A DNA stretch of 58,021 nt from Planctomycetota bacterium (lineage in GTDB: Bacteria; Planctomycetota; Phycisphaerae; UBA1845). Made by a program: the position numbers and the translations under genes. Positions within the stretch are counted from its first letter, which is position 1; each line of letters begins with the position of its first letter. Below the pieces are notes generated by a model. It made no database searches and was not told the DNA's origin. It was given only the letters and a program-made list of their open reading frames with translations. Below are positions 9,421 to 20,924 of this stretch, one piece after another. The stretch spans positions 1 through 58,021 of the forward strand of contig JAZDHF010000017.1 of NCBI GenBank assembly GCA_043806315.1, written 5' to 3'.

Positions 9421-10017
9421 TCACATCGACGAGCCGGCGTGATGTTCGGCCGCGAAGCGAGTTCCGAGACGGACGTAATCGACCAGAGCCGCGATGGCCG
9501 CGGCGCTCGCCAGCCACCATAGGATCGGCCAGGGACGGTGGAGCCACGGCGCCATGTCCGGCGCCGCGAGGCAGTAACCGATCATCAGCAATTGGATCAA
9601 CGTGCAGGCCTTGCCCAAAACGCGCGGCTGGAGGACGAACTGATCGGTCGTCGCGTATACCAAAAGAAAACCGATCACGGTCAACACGTCCTTGCCGATG
9701 GCGATCACCGGCACCCAGCTCGGCAGGCGAAACCCCGGCACGGCCGTGGCGTCGATGGAGAGAAGGATGACCGAGGAGACGATGAGGAGCTTGTCGCCGA
9801 CGGGATCGAGGAAGCGCCCGAGCGGCGTCGATTCTTGGAGGCGTCGAGCGAGGAAGCCGTCGAGAGCGTCGCTCAGACCCATGGCCACAAAGAGCGCGAT
9901 CGCCAGGTAACGCCATCCTACCCAAGGCTCGTTGAGATTCAGCAAACAGATGACAAACGGAACGACCAGGACGATCCGACCGATAGTGATGCGATTGGGC
10001 CAGTTCAGCCAAGCCAT
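9421..10017 (-). CDS. CDP-alcohol phosphatidyltransferase (PgsA-like)
   Basis: PNRITIGRI; SDALDGFLARR...GRFLDPVGDK signature. Confidence 0.9.
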   Translation of the reverse strand: MAWLNWPNRITIGRIVLVVPFVICLLNLNEPWVGWRYLAIALFVAMGLSDALDGFLARRLQESTPLGRFLDPVGDKLLIVSSVILLSIDATAVPGFRLPSWVPVIAIGKDVLTVIGFLLVYATTDQFVLQPRVLGKACTLIQLLMIGYCLAAPDMAPWLHRPWPILWWLASAAAIAALVDYVRLGTRFAAEHHAGSSM

Positions 10018-10020
10018 GGT

Positions 10021-10135
10021 CGAATTACGAGTTACGAGTTACGAGTTACGAACGCCCTAGGAGGGACGCGGTTCACCTCGGTGGGCTCAGACTCGACGAT
10101 CCAGTCATACGTCACTCGTAACTCGTAACTTGTCA
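10021..10135. repeat. Inverted heptamer-repeat element (TTACGAG)n...(CTCGTAA)n
   Basis: TTACGAG x3-4 at about 10025-10051, inverted CTCGTAA-CTCGTAA-CTTGTCA at about 10115-10135. Confidence 0.75.
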
Positions 10136-11017
10136 TTTCTCTCCTGATGAGGGTCCGACAGCAGCAGTGGAGGTTGCAGACGCGCTGCCGCCTGTCGCGC
10201 GGGCGCGGTCCGCGAAACGGACGACGGCCTCATAGGAGGTGGGCAGTTCCAACACCTGATGCGCACCGTCCGGATGGAGAATCACCAGTGCGGGTAAGTT
10301 CACGACGCCGAAGCGGGTGATGGACTTATCGGTCGGCCCCCAGATCGACCCAGGACGACAGTGCACCATGTCCGCGAAACGGCTGTAGACCTCGCGATGT
10401 TCGAGAAGTTTTTTCAGTTTTCGCCGGTCGCCCGGCCACCAGCGGTCCAGTACGATGAGGATCGACTGCCCTGTTTTTCGGGCCGTAGTCTCGGCGGATT
10501 CCAGCGAGCCGTGCCAGACATAATTGGGCTCACGGGGAATATGGGGATTGACGACGGGCGGCGCTCCCGGCGCTTTTGCGGCGGCGAGAAACTCGGCGAT
10601 CTGCGTGGCGGACATGTCGCCGGTCCGCGCATGGTAGGTTCCGTCGCGGTGCACGACGATCAGGGCCGGCGCCCGTTCCACGCCGAACTGGGCCGCGTAA
10701 CGACGGTCCCGTTCATAGGAACGAAACAACGAGCAGAGGACAAAGGGAGCGGTCTGTTGTCGGAGGGGGCCGCTCCGCAGGGCGTCGAACGTCGGGTCAT
10801 GCAGGCCTTGATCGGTGGGGTGATAGTAGATGAGCCGTTCGCGGCCGGATTCGCGCACGCGGGCTTCGGCCGTGTCGTAATCCGCGGCCCACCCGTTGGG
10901 CCGTAAACGATCCCATGTCGTAGAACATCCCGCGGTCAGCATCCACGCAGCGCCGAACATGATCCACGCGCGACCGGGACCGGGGCCGGCGAAGTGCCAC
11001 GGCTTGTCACTCATCAT
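10133..11017 (-). CDS. Hypothetical lipoprotein with two thioredoxin-like (non-CxxC) domains
   Basis: Likely start MMSDKPW at 11017; lipobox LTAGC; repeated pattern W..DY..AEA...QFGVERAPALIVVHRDG and WHGSLESAE...RFGVVNLPALVILHPDG. Confidence 0.6.
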   Translation of the reverse strand: MMSDKPWHFAGPGPGRAWIMFGAAWMLTAGCSTTWDRLRPNGWAADYDTAEARVRESGRERLIYYHPTDQGLHDPTFDALRSGPLRQQTAPFVLCSLFRSYERDRRYAAQFGVERAPALIVVHRDGTYHARTGDMSATQIAEFLAAAKAPGAPPVVNPHIPREPNYVWHGSLESAETTARKTGQSILIVLDRWWPGDRRKLKKLLEHREVYSRFADMVHCRPGSIWGPTDKSITRFGVVNLPALVILHPDGAHQVLELPTSYEAVVRFADRARATGGSASATSTAAVGPSSGEK

Positions 11018-11399
11018 CCCTTCGACCTCACGTTCCGGCGCCGTCGGCGCTGGGGCCGTCGTGGACGGCTGGGTCCGAGTCCTATTGCAGGCCGCTTCCA
11101 ACTGCTTACGATCATATATTGGACCGGCGGTCGTTGCCAGACTACGGCATGGCAACGCTTGACGGAAGTACGTGGCGCCCTGGGGAACAAACGGTCTCGC
11201 GGAGGAGCCGAGGACTCGTCACGGCGATTCAACAACGATTAGACGCGGCTGTGGTCTTGCCGCGATGGCCTTCTTTTTGGGCCTGACCGCATGTCGTGGG
11301 GCGGAGGGCACTGCGGCGCGGCACGGCGGGCGCCATCCTGACGCCCACGAGCCGCACGAAAATCTCGACGAGTTGGAAAAGGTGCGTCAACGACACACT

Positions 11400-12356
11400 C
11401 TACCGGGTGATTCGCGTGCCGATGCGGCCCGCGACGGCGTCGACGGCTCGGTGAAGCGGGCCGATGATGACCGAGGCGTCGCCGTTGCGCGAAGCTTCGA
11501 GGAAGTTGACCGCTCCCTGGACTTTGGGGCCCATCGAGCCGGCGGGGAATTGACCGGCCTGAAGATATTGGTCGGCCTGGGAGAGCGTCATGCGGTCGAG
11601 TTGCCGCTCGGTCGGCTTGCCGTAGTCGATGCTGACGCGATCGACGTTGGTGAGGATCATCATCATGTCGGCCTCCAGCTCAGCCGCCAGGAGCGCGCTG
11701 GCGAGGTCCTTGTCGATGACGGCGCGGACGCCGCGCAGGCCCTCGACGGGGTCCTGGACGACCGGAATGCCGCCGCCGCCGCACGCGACGACGAGGTCCC
11801 CGGCTGCGACCGCACGACGGATGGTCTTGATCTCCATGATGTGCCGCGGGATCGGCGAAGCCACCACCCGGCGGTACTTGCCGGGCGAGACTTCCTTGAT
11901 GGCCCAGCCTTCGCTGCGAGCGAAGCGCTCGGCGTCCTCTTTGGGTAAGACGCGTCCGATCGGCTTGGTCGGGTCGCGAAACGACGGGTCATCGGCATCG
12001 ACGCGGACGGTGGTGACGATGGCCGTCGCCATTCGATCGAAGCCGCGGGCGTTGAGTTCGTTGGTGAGCGCCTGGGCGATCATGAACCCCATGCCGCCTT
12101 GCACGTGGGCGACGGCGACTTCCATCGGCAGGGGATAAATCGCCCCCGCGGCGGCCTCGTTGCGGAGCAGGAAGTTTCCGATCTGCGGTCCGTTGCCGTG
12201 GGTGATGACGAGCTGATGGCCCTGTTCGATCAGGTCCGCGAGGGCCCTGGCGGTGGCCCGCGAGTTGTCGAACTGCTGGTCGACGTTGCCCTCCTCCTCG
12301 GGACGGGAGATGGCGTTTCCGCCCAAGGCGACGACGATCAAGGATTGATGCTCCAT
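11400..12356 (-). CDS. arcC: Carbamate kinase
   Basis: VVALGGNA, THGNGPQIG, PTKPIG, RRVVASP, GGGGIPV, AVIDKD, GSMGPKV. Confidence 0.95.
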   Translation of the reverse strand: MEHQSLIVVALGGNAISRPEEEGNVDQQFDNSRATARALADLIEQGHQLVITHGNGPQIGNFLLRNEAAAGAIYPLPMEVAVAHVQGGMGFMIAQALTNELNARGFDRMATAIVTTVRVDADDPSFRDPTKPIGRVLPKEDAERFARSEGWAIKEVSPGKYRRVVASPIPRHIMEIKTIRRAVAAGDLVVACGGGGIPVVQDPVEGLRGVRAVIDKDLASALLAAELEADMMMILTNVDRVSIDYGKPTERQLDRMTLSQADQYLQAGQFPAGSMGPKVQGAVNFLEASRNGDASVIIGPLHRAVDAVAGRIGTRITR

Positions 12357-12518
12357 AACGATCACGGATTCCGCGTGAGTAGCTTGGTGCCTCTTGTGGC
12401 CCAGCCGCCCCCGGCTGGGCGAGCACAGCGGTGGGCCGCTGTGCCACATTCGCACATTATAGGCTGTCGGCCGACCGTCCGAACCTCAGCTTAGCTATCG
12501 ACCGTCGGCCCGCTCGTC

Positions 12519-12779
12519 ATGCACTTGCGACGGGTCACCTTCGACATGTTCGCCAAAGTGTCGGTGAAGGGCGAAGACCAGTGCCCACTCTATCGCTACC
12601 TCACGAAGCACCCGGACAAGGCCATCGCCGGCGATATGCCCTGGAACTTCACCAAGCATCTGATTGGCCGCGACGGGACGGTCCTCGCCAAGTGGGGGCC
12701 CAAGACGCTCCCCGACGACAAGACGATCGTCGACGCCGTCGAAAAAGCCCTGGCCGCCGAACGACCCAAGAGTCGATGA
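12519..12779 (+). pseudogene. Glutathione peroxidase C-terminal fragment
   Basis: VTFDMFAKVSVKG...PLYRYLT...PWNFTKHLIGRDG matches the GPx C-half. The N-terminal catalytic Cys/Sec region is absent (in-frame TAG at 12492). Confidence 0.75.
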
Positions 12780-12792
12780 CGGGGCTACCGGG

Positions 12793-12951
12793 GATCCGAA
12801 CCCCGAGCGCGAGCGACGGGCCAAAGTAGCGCCACCCCTTGTGGGTGGCGCGCGGGAGGATGCGGAGGGCGAGCGGCAGTGACACGACGCGCTCCGCCCG
12901 CTCGCCTGCGCTCGCGGCTCTGATCGCGCCATCCACAAGGGGCGGCGCTAC
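12793..12951. repeat. Composite REP-like palindromic element
   Basis: Inverted pair GTAGCGCCACCCCTTGTGGGTGGCGCG (12826-12852) and CGCGCCATCCACAAGGGGCGGCGCTAC (12925-12951), plus GATCCGAACCCCGAGCGCGAGCGACGGGCC, which recurs at 42673. Confidence 0.7.
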
Positions 12952-12980
12952 ATTTCGTTATCGCGCGGTACAATACCTGA

Positions 12981-13811
12981 ATGAAGTTCACCAAGATGCA
13001 CGGGCTGGGCAATGACTACGTGTACGTGAACGGGTTCACGGAGCACGTGACCGAACCGTCGAAGCTATCCCGCATCATTTCTGATCGACACACAGGCATC
13101 GGCAGCGACGGGCTGATTATCATCCACCCCTCCAAGCAGGCCGACGTGCGAATGGAGATGTACAACGCCGACGGGTCGCGGGGGGAGATGTGCGGCAACG
13201 GCATTCGATGCGTGGCCAAGTACGCCGTCGAGCGCGGATTGGCCCCGGGACCGAAGCTTCGCATCGAGACGGATGCGGGGGTCAAAACGGTCGAATGCGG
13301 GATGGAGGGCGGCAAGGTTGCGTCGGTTCGGGTGGACATGGGTCGACCGGAGTTGAGCGCGAGAGCGATCCCCACGACGATCGCCGCCGATCGAGTCATC
13401 GACCATCCGTTGCGGATCGGCGGCGTAGGTTATCGCGTCACGTGCGTCTCGATGGGCAATCCCCACGCCGTGGTATTCGTCCGCGACTTACACAAGGTGG
13501 ATTTAGTGGAGATCGGCCCGAAGTTTGAGCACGCTCCCGAATTCCCCAACCGCATCAACGCCCATTTCGTGCGGGTGGATTCACCGACCCATGTCACCAT
13601 GCGGACCTGGGAGCGGGGCAGCGGAGCGACGCGGGCCTGCGGGACCGGAGCCTGTGCGGTCTGCGTGGCCGGTGTCCTCACCAAGCGAACTCAGCGTGCC
13701 ATTACCGCGTCACTGCCGGGCGGGGAATTGCGCATCGAGTGGGCCAAGGACGACCATGTCTACATGACCGGCGAGGCCGTGGAAGTCTTCACCGGCGACT
13801 GGCCCTGCTAA
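12981..13811 (+). CDS. dapF: Diaminopimelate epimerase
   Basis: MKFTKMHGLGNDY, NADGS..EMCGNGIRC, MGNPH, WERGSGATRACGTG. Confidence 0.97.
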   Translation: MKFTKMHGLGNDYVYVNGFTEHVTEPSKLSRIISDRHTGIGSDGLIIIHPSKQADVRMEMYNADGSRGEMCGNGIRCVAKYAVERGLAPGPKLRIETDAGVKTVECGMEGGKVASVRVDMGRPELSARAIPTTIAADRVIDHPLRIGGVGYRVTCVSMGNPHAVVFVRDLHKVDLVEIGPKFEHAPEFPNRINAHFVRVDSPTHVTMRTWERGSGATRACGTGACAVCVAGVLTKRTQRAITASLPGGELRIEWAKDDHVYMTGEAVEVFTGDWPC

Positions 13812-13850
13812 TCCGCCGAATCGGTCGCCGAGGCGATGAGGGCGCGTTGC

Positions 13851-14984
13851 TTAGCGATGCACCGGCGCGCCGGTGATGTTGGGATCGGGAGTGCGGACGC
13901 GGCCTCGTTTGGGAATGTTCGCCGGTTTTCCGCCGTTGGGCAGAAGGACGATCTTGCAGGCGTCGCCGCGGGCGAGCATCTCCATGGCGTCGTTGACCTC
14001 GTCGAAGCCGATCGTCTTGGTGATGAGCGGTCGCAGGTCCACCACTCCCCCCTCCAGCAGCCAGCGGGTCTTATACCAGGTGTCGAAAATCCGCCGCCCG
14101 TTTAGGGCCAGCACGGTGAGGTTCTTGAAGATCATGTTCTCCGCGACGTCAATCTCCACGGGTTTGGCCGGAATGCCGAAAAGCACAACCGTGCCGCCGT
14201 TACGCACGACGCGAAAGGCGGTCGTGATCGCCGCCGGTGCGCCGCTCATCTCCAACACGATGTCCACCCCGTACCCGCCGTTGGCCTCCACGATTTGTGA
14301 CACGGTGTCGGCCGGACCGTCCGTCGGTTTGAACACCTGGGTGGCGCCCATGACGCGGGCGAGATTGATGCGAAATGGATGCACGTCGGAAGCGAAGATG
14401 CTCTTGGCTCCGACGGCCTTGCAGATCCCGATGGTGAAGAGGCCGATCGGTCCGCAGCCCAGCACGGCGATGGATTGCCCCGACAGATTCTGATTCATCG
14501 TGGCGAACACGGCGTTGCCGAACGGCTCCTGCAACGTAGCGATCTCCGGCGGCAGCTTCGCCCGGTCGTTCTGCCAGATCACCTTTTCGGGGACCACGAC
14601 GTAGGGAGCGAAGGCCCCGGCGCGGTCCACGCCGAGGATTTCCGTGTTGGGACACATGTGCGCCTGTCCCGTGCGACACTGATAGCACATCCCGCAGGTG
14701 ACGTGCGACTCGGCCGACACATAATCCCCCACTGCCGCGTGCCGCACCTTGTCACCGACCGCGACGATCGTCCCGCAGAACTCGTGACCCAGGGTGAGGG
14801 GCGGCTTGATGCGCCGCTGCGACCACGGATCCCATCGCCAGATATGCAGGTCCGTACCGCAGAAGCTCGCCGCCTCGACGTAAACGAGCACATCCTCCGG
14901 GCCGGGTCTCGGACGCGGCACTTCGCGCACCTCCAGCCCGGCGTCGGCCTTCGTCTTACAAACGGCCAGCATCGTCTCAGCCAT
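13851..14984 (-). CDS. tdh: L-threonine 3-dehydrogenase (Zn-dependent MDR)
   Basis: CGTDLHIWRWDPWSQ, GHEF, SAESHVTCGMCYQCRTG..HMC, EPFGNAV, GCGPIG, GRRIFDTWY. Confidence 0.9.
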   Translation of the reverse strand: MAETMLAVCKTKADAGLEVREVPRPRPGPEDVLVYVEAASFCGTDLHIWRWDPWSQRRIKPPLTLGHEFCGTIVAVGDKVRHAAVGDYVSAESHVTCGMCYQCRTGQAHMCPNTEILGVDRAGAFAPYVVVPEKVIWQNDRAKLPPEIATLQEPFGNAVFATMNQNLSGQSIAVLGCGPIGLFTIGICKAVGAKSIFASDVHPFRINLARVMGATQVFKPTDGPADTVSQIVEANGGYGVDIVLEMSGAPAAITTAFRVVRNGGTVVLFGIPAKPVEIDVAENMIFKNLTVLALNGRRIFDTWYKTRWLLEGGVVDLRPLITKTIGFDEVNDAMEMLARGDACKIVLLPNGGKPANIPKRGRVRTPDPNITGAPVHR

Positions 14985-15004
14985 GAACGTGCGATCCCCA
15001 GTCC

Positions 15005-15862
15005 TTACGGCGATCCGTCGTCGGGGACCAATTCCTCGACGACCTCCTTGTATTTCTTCCACGCGGCGGGCTTCTCGAAATCCGTCGGCTTCACTCCGGC
15101 ATTGATGGATTTTTCGGAGAGATCGGGAAAGTCGGCCGTATTGATCTCATATCCATTGTTTTTCGTAACGACAATCCGACTGGGCAGATGGACGTCCCGG
15201 TGTACGAACAGTTCGAGCCGCTCGTACTTACGATGGAGACGACTGTCCGCCTTAGGAACGCAAATCAGGTGATCCGTCTTTGGCGGGTCTCCCGGTGTGG
15301 GCGACGCGAGCGTGACATTGAAGTTCCGCAGAATGGTCTCTCGCTTCTGTCCAAAGGGAACGGGGAACGGCGCCTTTTCCAGGTCAAAGAGGTCGAATTC
15401 CATACCCGGCCGCGCGACTTCCTGTTTGGTGACCTGGGCGATCCTCTCGACAGCCTGATAAAGCCACTGTCCGTCGAACAAGTACCATTCCTGTTTTCCC
15501 AATACGCCGTCCGCCTCGGTTTTCTCAAAGTGGATCAAGAAATGGGGATTGGGTTTCGTCATCAGAAACAAGATGCCGCCGAACTTCGTCCGCTGCGTGA
15601 GGTTGATCCGATCATCTTCGACAAACCGGACTTCGCAGCGAATGTCCTGCAGCCCGTCACTGCGTTGTTGCAACTGCGTCAGGATTTCGTCGATGCGCAC
15701 GGCATTGGAAGCCGGGCGCTCCGCTGAATCCTGGGAAATCGCCGGTTGGACGCCGGCGGCGGCGACGATGATCGCCCACACCGGCCATTTCGATGGAGCC
15801 TGGGTCCGTAGTCCCGGTTTCCCCCCGCGCGGACTGACGCCCGCGGCTCGGTTGAGGATCAT
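15005..15862 (-). CDS. LolA-like outer-membrane lipoprotein carrier-fold protein
   Basis: Signal-like segment; FDGQWLY, PFPVPFGQKRETILRNF, beta-rich LolA-type pattern. Start codon uncertain. Confidence 0.55.
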   Translation of the reverse strand: MILNRAAGVSPRGGKPGLRTQAPSKWPVWAIIVAAAGVQPAISQDSAERPASNAVRIDEILTQLQQRSDGLQDIRCEVRFVEDDRINLTQRTKFGGILFLMTKPNPHFLIHFEKTEADGVLGKQEWYLFDGQWLYQAVERIAQVTKQEVARPGMEFDLFDLEKAPFPVPFGQKRETILRNFNVTLASPTPGDPPKTDHLICVPKADSRLHRKYERLELFVHRDVHLPSRIVVTKNNGYEINTADFPDLSEKSINAGVKPTDFEKPAAWKKYKEVVEELVPDDGSP

Positions 15863-18702
15863 GATCCGACCTTGTCCCCGCGGACGTTGACTTCGATCGG
15901 CGCCGGCAGTCCCAAGTCCTTGATTTGTTCCATGATCTTCTTCTTGTCGCCGACCAAGACGAGCACGCCGTTATCCAGCGGAAGCCCCGGGCCGGCGATC
16001 TTGTTCAGTTCGTCCGTCGAGGCCGACTGCATCGTCGCCATGTCCCGAAGAAGACTTTCATAGGGCATGTCCGCCCCGGTCCGCTCAATCGCCTCCTGCA
16101 ACACGCCGTTCAATCCGGCGAACGACTGAATCACCTCCGTCCGCAAGGTCTCCCGGGCTTTCACCGTCTCTTCCTCGGAAATATCTCCGCCGCGGATCCT
16201 CTTGAACTCCTTTAAGAATTCCTTGAGCGATTCCCCGGTCACATCAGCTCGGACGCTGGACGAGGCCGTGACATATCCCAGCCCAGGCCGCATCACGAAC
16301 GAGGACCGCGCTCCATAGGTATAGCCGTGCTGCTCGCGAAGGTTCATATTCAGTCGACTGGTGAAGCTGCCGCCGAGAAGGGTGTTCAACAACCGATATT
16401 GCACCCGATATTGGTCGGTGTATTTCACCCCGGGCATGATGAACTGAATGACGGTCTGCACGGCATCGGGCCGGTCAACGAGGACCAGCTTCAGTTGCTT
16501 GATGGCGGGCGTTTGCGGCTGTTCGCTACGGGGGCCGATCAAGGGCACGGGCTTCCACGCGCCCAAGGTGTTGTCCAATACGGCCTTCGCCTCATCGGCG
16601 GTCACGTCCCCGGCCATGAAAACGGTCGCGAACTTCGGTTGGACGTACGAGAGATACGGCAGCTTCGCATCATCGAGGATCATCTTCCGCACGGCCTCAG
16701 GCGTACCGACGACCGGCCACGCATAAGCGTGCGTGTCTCCGAACAACATCCGCGAGGCGACACGCGCCGCCACCAGGGTCGGCTGATCGTCCTGCTGTTT
16801 GAGCTCCTCGAGATGCAATCGCTGAACCCTCTGCCAGTCGTTCTCGTCGAACTTCGGTCGGCGGATCGCGTCGGCGGTCAGGGCGGCGGCCTTGGCGAAA
16901 TTGCGCTTCAACACGGTGAGCGACACACGGATAGACTCACGGTCCGCCCCGGGCGAGAACACCGCTCCCAACGACTGCATCGCGTCGCTGAAGTCCAAGG
17001 CGTCCAAATCTCCCGCCCCCTCGTCGAGCATGTCGGCGGCTAAGTATTCCGCCCCCGCGTGTCGGGTGTCGCCCAAGATGTGACCCGGACGAAATACGAC
17101 CACCATTGCGATGAGCGGAAGCTCGGTTTTCGGCCACAACATGACTTGGATGCCGTTGGCCAGCTTGAACGGTTCAGGCGACTGGACCTTGAACGGCTCA
17201 GCGGACATCGCCTTGGGTTGGGCGTCGCGCGCCGACGCCGGTCGCGGCGCAGCTTCGACCTTGGTCGCGGGCGCCGCCGCCGTTGTGGGCTTATCTTCCG
17301 TACCCGCGGGACCACCCGCCGCCCCCGCCTTGGACGGTGCCGTGACGGCCTCCGACGGCTGACCCGCTTCCGCGGATGCCCCCGGAACGATGCGCACGAT
17401 CACCCGGGCGTTGGGCGTCAACACCTGCCTCGCCCACTTCTTCACGGACTCCGCCGTCGCCGTCCGATACCGGTCCAGATTTCGCTTGAAGGAGTTCGGC
17501 TCGCCCCAGAAGTATTCGTACGCGTTGAGCTGATCCGCCTTGGCTTCGATGGTCTGCAAGCGCGTGAGCATGTTCAACTCGAAGGTCGCCTTCCGTTGTT
17601 CCAGCTCCGCCGCCGCCGGGCCCGTTTCGACGAGCTTGGTCAGTTCCTCATCCACCGTCTTCTCGATGCGGTCCAGGTCGGCCTCCGGTTGGGCCATCAC
17701 GTCGATGCGAAACACCGACCCCAACTGCGAGGAATCCTGGAACGCGCTCACCTCGGAGGCGATCTTGTCGTCGTACACCAGCTTCTTATAGAGTCGGCTG
17801 GTTTTGCCCTCGCTCAGCACCGCGGCGACGAGGTCCATTTCCGCGTCCCCCTCCATGAATTGCGCGGGACTGTGATAAGCAAAGATGATCTTGCGGAGTT
17901 GCACTTTGTCCGGAAGCGTCACCCGTTTGACCTGGTCGAGCTTTACCGGCTCGGCCTTACGGTGCGGCGAGTCCGCGCGCCGCGGAAGCGTCCCGAACAA
18001 GTCCGCGATCAACGGCTTGATCTTCGCGGGATCGAAGTCACCGGCCACGCAGAGGCTCGTGTTGTTCGGCACGTAGTACGTTCCGAAGAAATCCTTCACG
18101 TCCGTGACCGCCGCGGCCTCAAGGTCCTCGTGCGTTCCGATCACCGGGATGTGGTAGGGGTGCCCTTCGGGGTAGAGCATTTGCGGCAGCTTCAACTCCG
18201 CCTTGCCGTACGGGCGATTCTCGTAGCTCTGTCGCCGTTCATTGCGGACCACGTCGCGTTGCTTATCGAGCTTTTCCTGGTCCATCGTTCGGGCCAGGTC
18301 CTCTAGCCGATCCGCGTCGAGCCAAAGCAACGTGGGCAGAAGCTGCGCCGGCCCGGATGAGAAATAGTTGGTCCGGTCGGAACTGGTGCTGGCGTTGTTG
18401 GCCCCGCCGCCCGACTCCATGATCGTGTCGAACTTGTTGCCCGGCACGCGCTCCGTCCCCATAAACATCAGGTGCTCAAACAGATGCGCGAAACCGCTGC
18501 GCCGCACGGGTTCATCCTTCGACCCCACGCGGTACCAGAAGTTGATCGCCGCCACCGGAAGGCTGTGGTCCTCGTGGAGGATCACGGTCATTCCGTTGTC
18601 GAGCTTGTACTTCTCATAGCGGACGTCCTGTCCTTGCGCTGCGGGGACAGCCCCCGCGAGGCCCAACCCACACGCCAACGAAACGGTCACACGTCGCGTC
18701 AT
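15859..18702 (-). CDS. M16 family zinc metallopeptidase (pitrilysin/PqqL-like, two-half fusion), secreted
   Basis: GGAGG RBS, signal peptide, GFAHLFEHLMF (HxxEH), GGSFTSRLNMNLREQHGYTYG; Ala/Pro-rich linker. Confidence 0.93.
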   Translation of the reverse strand: MTRRVTVSLACGLGLAGAVPAAQGQDVRYEKYKLDNGMTVILHEDHSLPVAAINFWYRVGSKDEPVRRSGFAHLFEHLMFMGTERVPGNKFDTIMESGGGANNASTSSDRTNYFSSGPAQLLPTLLWLDADRLEDLARTMDQEKLDKQRDVVRNERRQSYENRPYGKAELKLPQMLYPEGHPYHIPVIGTHEDLEAAAVTDVKDFFGTYYVPNNTSLCVAGDFDPAKIKPLIADLFGTLPRRADSPHRKAEPVKLDQVKRVTLPDKVQLRKIIFAYHSPAQFMEGDAEMDLVAAVLSEGKTSRLYKKLVYDDKIASEVSAFQDSSQLGSVFRIDVMAQPEADLDRIEKTVDEELTKLVETGPAAAELEQRKATFELNMLTRLQTIEAKADQLNAYEYFWGEPNSFKRNLDRYRTATAESVKKWARQVLTPNARVIVRIVPGASAEAGQPSEAVTAPSKAGAAGGPAGTEDKPTTAAAPATKVEAAPRPASARDAQPKAMSAEPFKVQSPEPFKLANGIQVMLWPKTELPLIAMVVVFRPGHILGDTRHAGAEYLAADMLDEGAGDLDALDFSDAMQSLGAVFSPGADRESIRVSLTVLKRNFAKAAALTADAIRRPKFDENDWQRVQRLHLEELKQQDDQPTLVAARVASRMLFGDTHAYAWPVVGTPEAVRKMILDDAKLPYLSYVQPKFATVFMAGDVTADEAKAVLDNTLGAWKPVPLIGPRSEQPQTPAIKQLKLVLVDRPDAVQTVIQFIMPGVKYTDQYRVQYRLLNTLLGGSFTSRLNMNLREQHGYTYGARSSFVMRPGLGYVTASSSVRADVTGESLKEFLKEFKRIRGGDISEEETVKARETLRTEVIQSFAGLNGVLQEAIERTGADMPYESLLRDMATMQSASTDELNKIAGPGLPLDNGVLVLVGDKKKIMEQIKDLGLPAPIEVNVRGDKVGS

Positions 18703-18932
18703 GTCCATGCCTCCTACACTGAATCCATCGCGGCTTCGATCTCCCTCGCGGTCAGAACCTTGCCGAACCTGCCGCGAGCCGGCCGCCCCGCGACGAGTAT
18801 CGTTCCCTCCGCGATCCACGGCAAGGGTCGCCGCAGCGCGACCGTCCGCCGGGACATTGACCCCCGTCGCCGCCGCGACCATACTGCCGATCGTGAACGA
18901 AACCGAGCATTCGTAAGAACATGTAATTCCTT

Positions 18933-19019
18933 GGAGAGGTGCCCGAGCGGCTGATGGGGCTGGTTTCGAAAACCAGTGTGCGGGAAACTGTACCGGGGGT
19001 TCGAATCCCCCCCTCTCCG
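18933..19019 (+). tRNA. tRNA-Ser(CGA)
   Basis: GGAGAGG acceptor; anticodon arm CTGGT-TTCGAAA-ACCAG; long variable arm; GGTTCGAATCC T-arm; G discriminator; CCA not encoded. Confidence 0.95.
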
Positions 19020-19180
19020 ATGGTTTTTGGACGGCAATAACGCGGTTTGATATTGTTCTGAGTTATTGCACCAAGTCCTCAAGGATGGTGATTCGCTTCC
19101 CCCTTTCGCCCTGCAACAGAGTTTTTTGGGGTTGTGTACGCATCGCAGCGAACCGCAACTTCAACATCAGCCGAACAACG

Positions 19181-20242
<1,062 letters not shown>

Positions 20243-20339
20243 TCGCACCGCTCGCCGGAAGCCCCCTCGAACGGGGTGCAGCATGCAGACTCTATCGCCC
20301 GTCGTCTCGGCGAACGAATGTTCGTTGAGAGAACATAAA

Positions 20340-20420
20340 AGCGTGTATTGCTGTATTGCTTATAATACGACGTTTTACAGAACGATCGCCTTGACAAAGG
20401 GCTGTTTATATGATATATGT
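20340..20420. promoter_or_regulatory. AT-rich divergent promoter region (mtnA / lrp)
   Basis: TATAAT at 20361-20366 and TTGACA at 20391-20396 in an AT-rich gap. The exact -35/-10 pairing is not resolved. Confidence 0.45.
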
Positions 20421-20444
20421 TCTCAATAGACGGAGTTTATCAGA

Positions 20445-20924
20445 ATGATCGACGGAACGGACCGGACGATTTTGATGATGTTGCAGGAGAACGCGCGGGT
20501 TTCCAACGCGGAGATCGCGCGGCAAGTGGAAATGGCGCCTTCGGCGATTTTGGAGCGGATTCGCAAGCTGGAGGACCGGGGCGTCATTAAGAATTATGCG
20601 GCGCATCTCGACCCGCGAGCGCTCGGGCAGGGGCTGCTTGCTTATGTCCTGGTGCGAACCGATAGCGGGGCGTGGCAGGCCGACCCGGCGGCGAAGATCG
20701 CGGCCATCCCCGAAGTGCAGGAGGTGCATCACATCGCCGGCGAGGACTGCTTCTTGGTGAAAGTGCGGACGCGGGACACGGCCGCACTGGGGTCCTTGTT
20801 GCGGGATCGGGTGAGCGCTATCGAAGCGGTCCGATCGACCCGGACGACAATCGTGCTGGATACGGTCAAGGAGACGACCGAGATCGATCTTCGGGAAGCA
20901 GCGGGAGCGGAGGGCGTTCCATGA
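20445..20924 (+). CDS. Lrp/AsnC family transcriptional regulator
   Basis: DRTILMMLQENARVSNAEIARQV...ERIRKLEDRGVI HTH; AsnC C-terminal domain (IAGEDCFLVKV). Confidence 0.95.
   Translation: MIDGTDRTILMMLQENARVSNAEIARQVEMAPSAILERIRKLEDRGVIKNYAAHLDPRALGQGLLAYVLVRTDSGAWQADPAAKIAAIPEVQEVHHIAGEDCFLVKVRTRDTAALGSLLRDRVSAIEAVRSTRTTIVLDTVKETTEIDLREAAGAEGVP

Noticed and set aside
11160-11399. Small ORF or ncRNA between arcC and the thioredoxin-like lipoprotein
   Set aside because: Only short ORFs without RBS or recognisable motifs, and no recognisable RNA family.
18933-19019. tRNA-Sec (given the nearby selenoprotein candidate)
   Set aside because: The anticodon reads CGA with a normal 7-bp acceptor stem, so it is tRNA-Ser.
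19020-19180. Integrative element at the tRNA 3' end
   Set aside because: No integrase, and no duplicated tRNA 3' end seen in the window.
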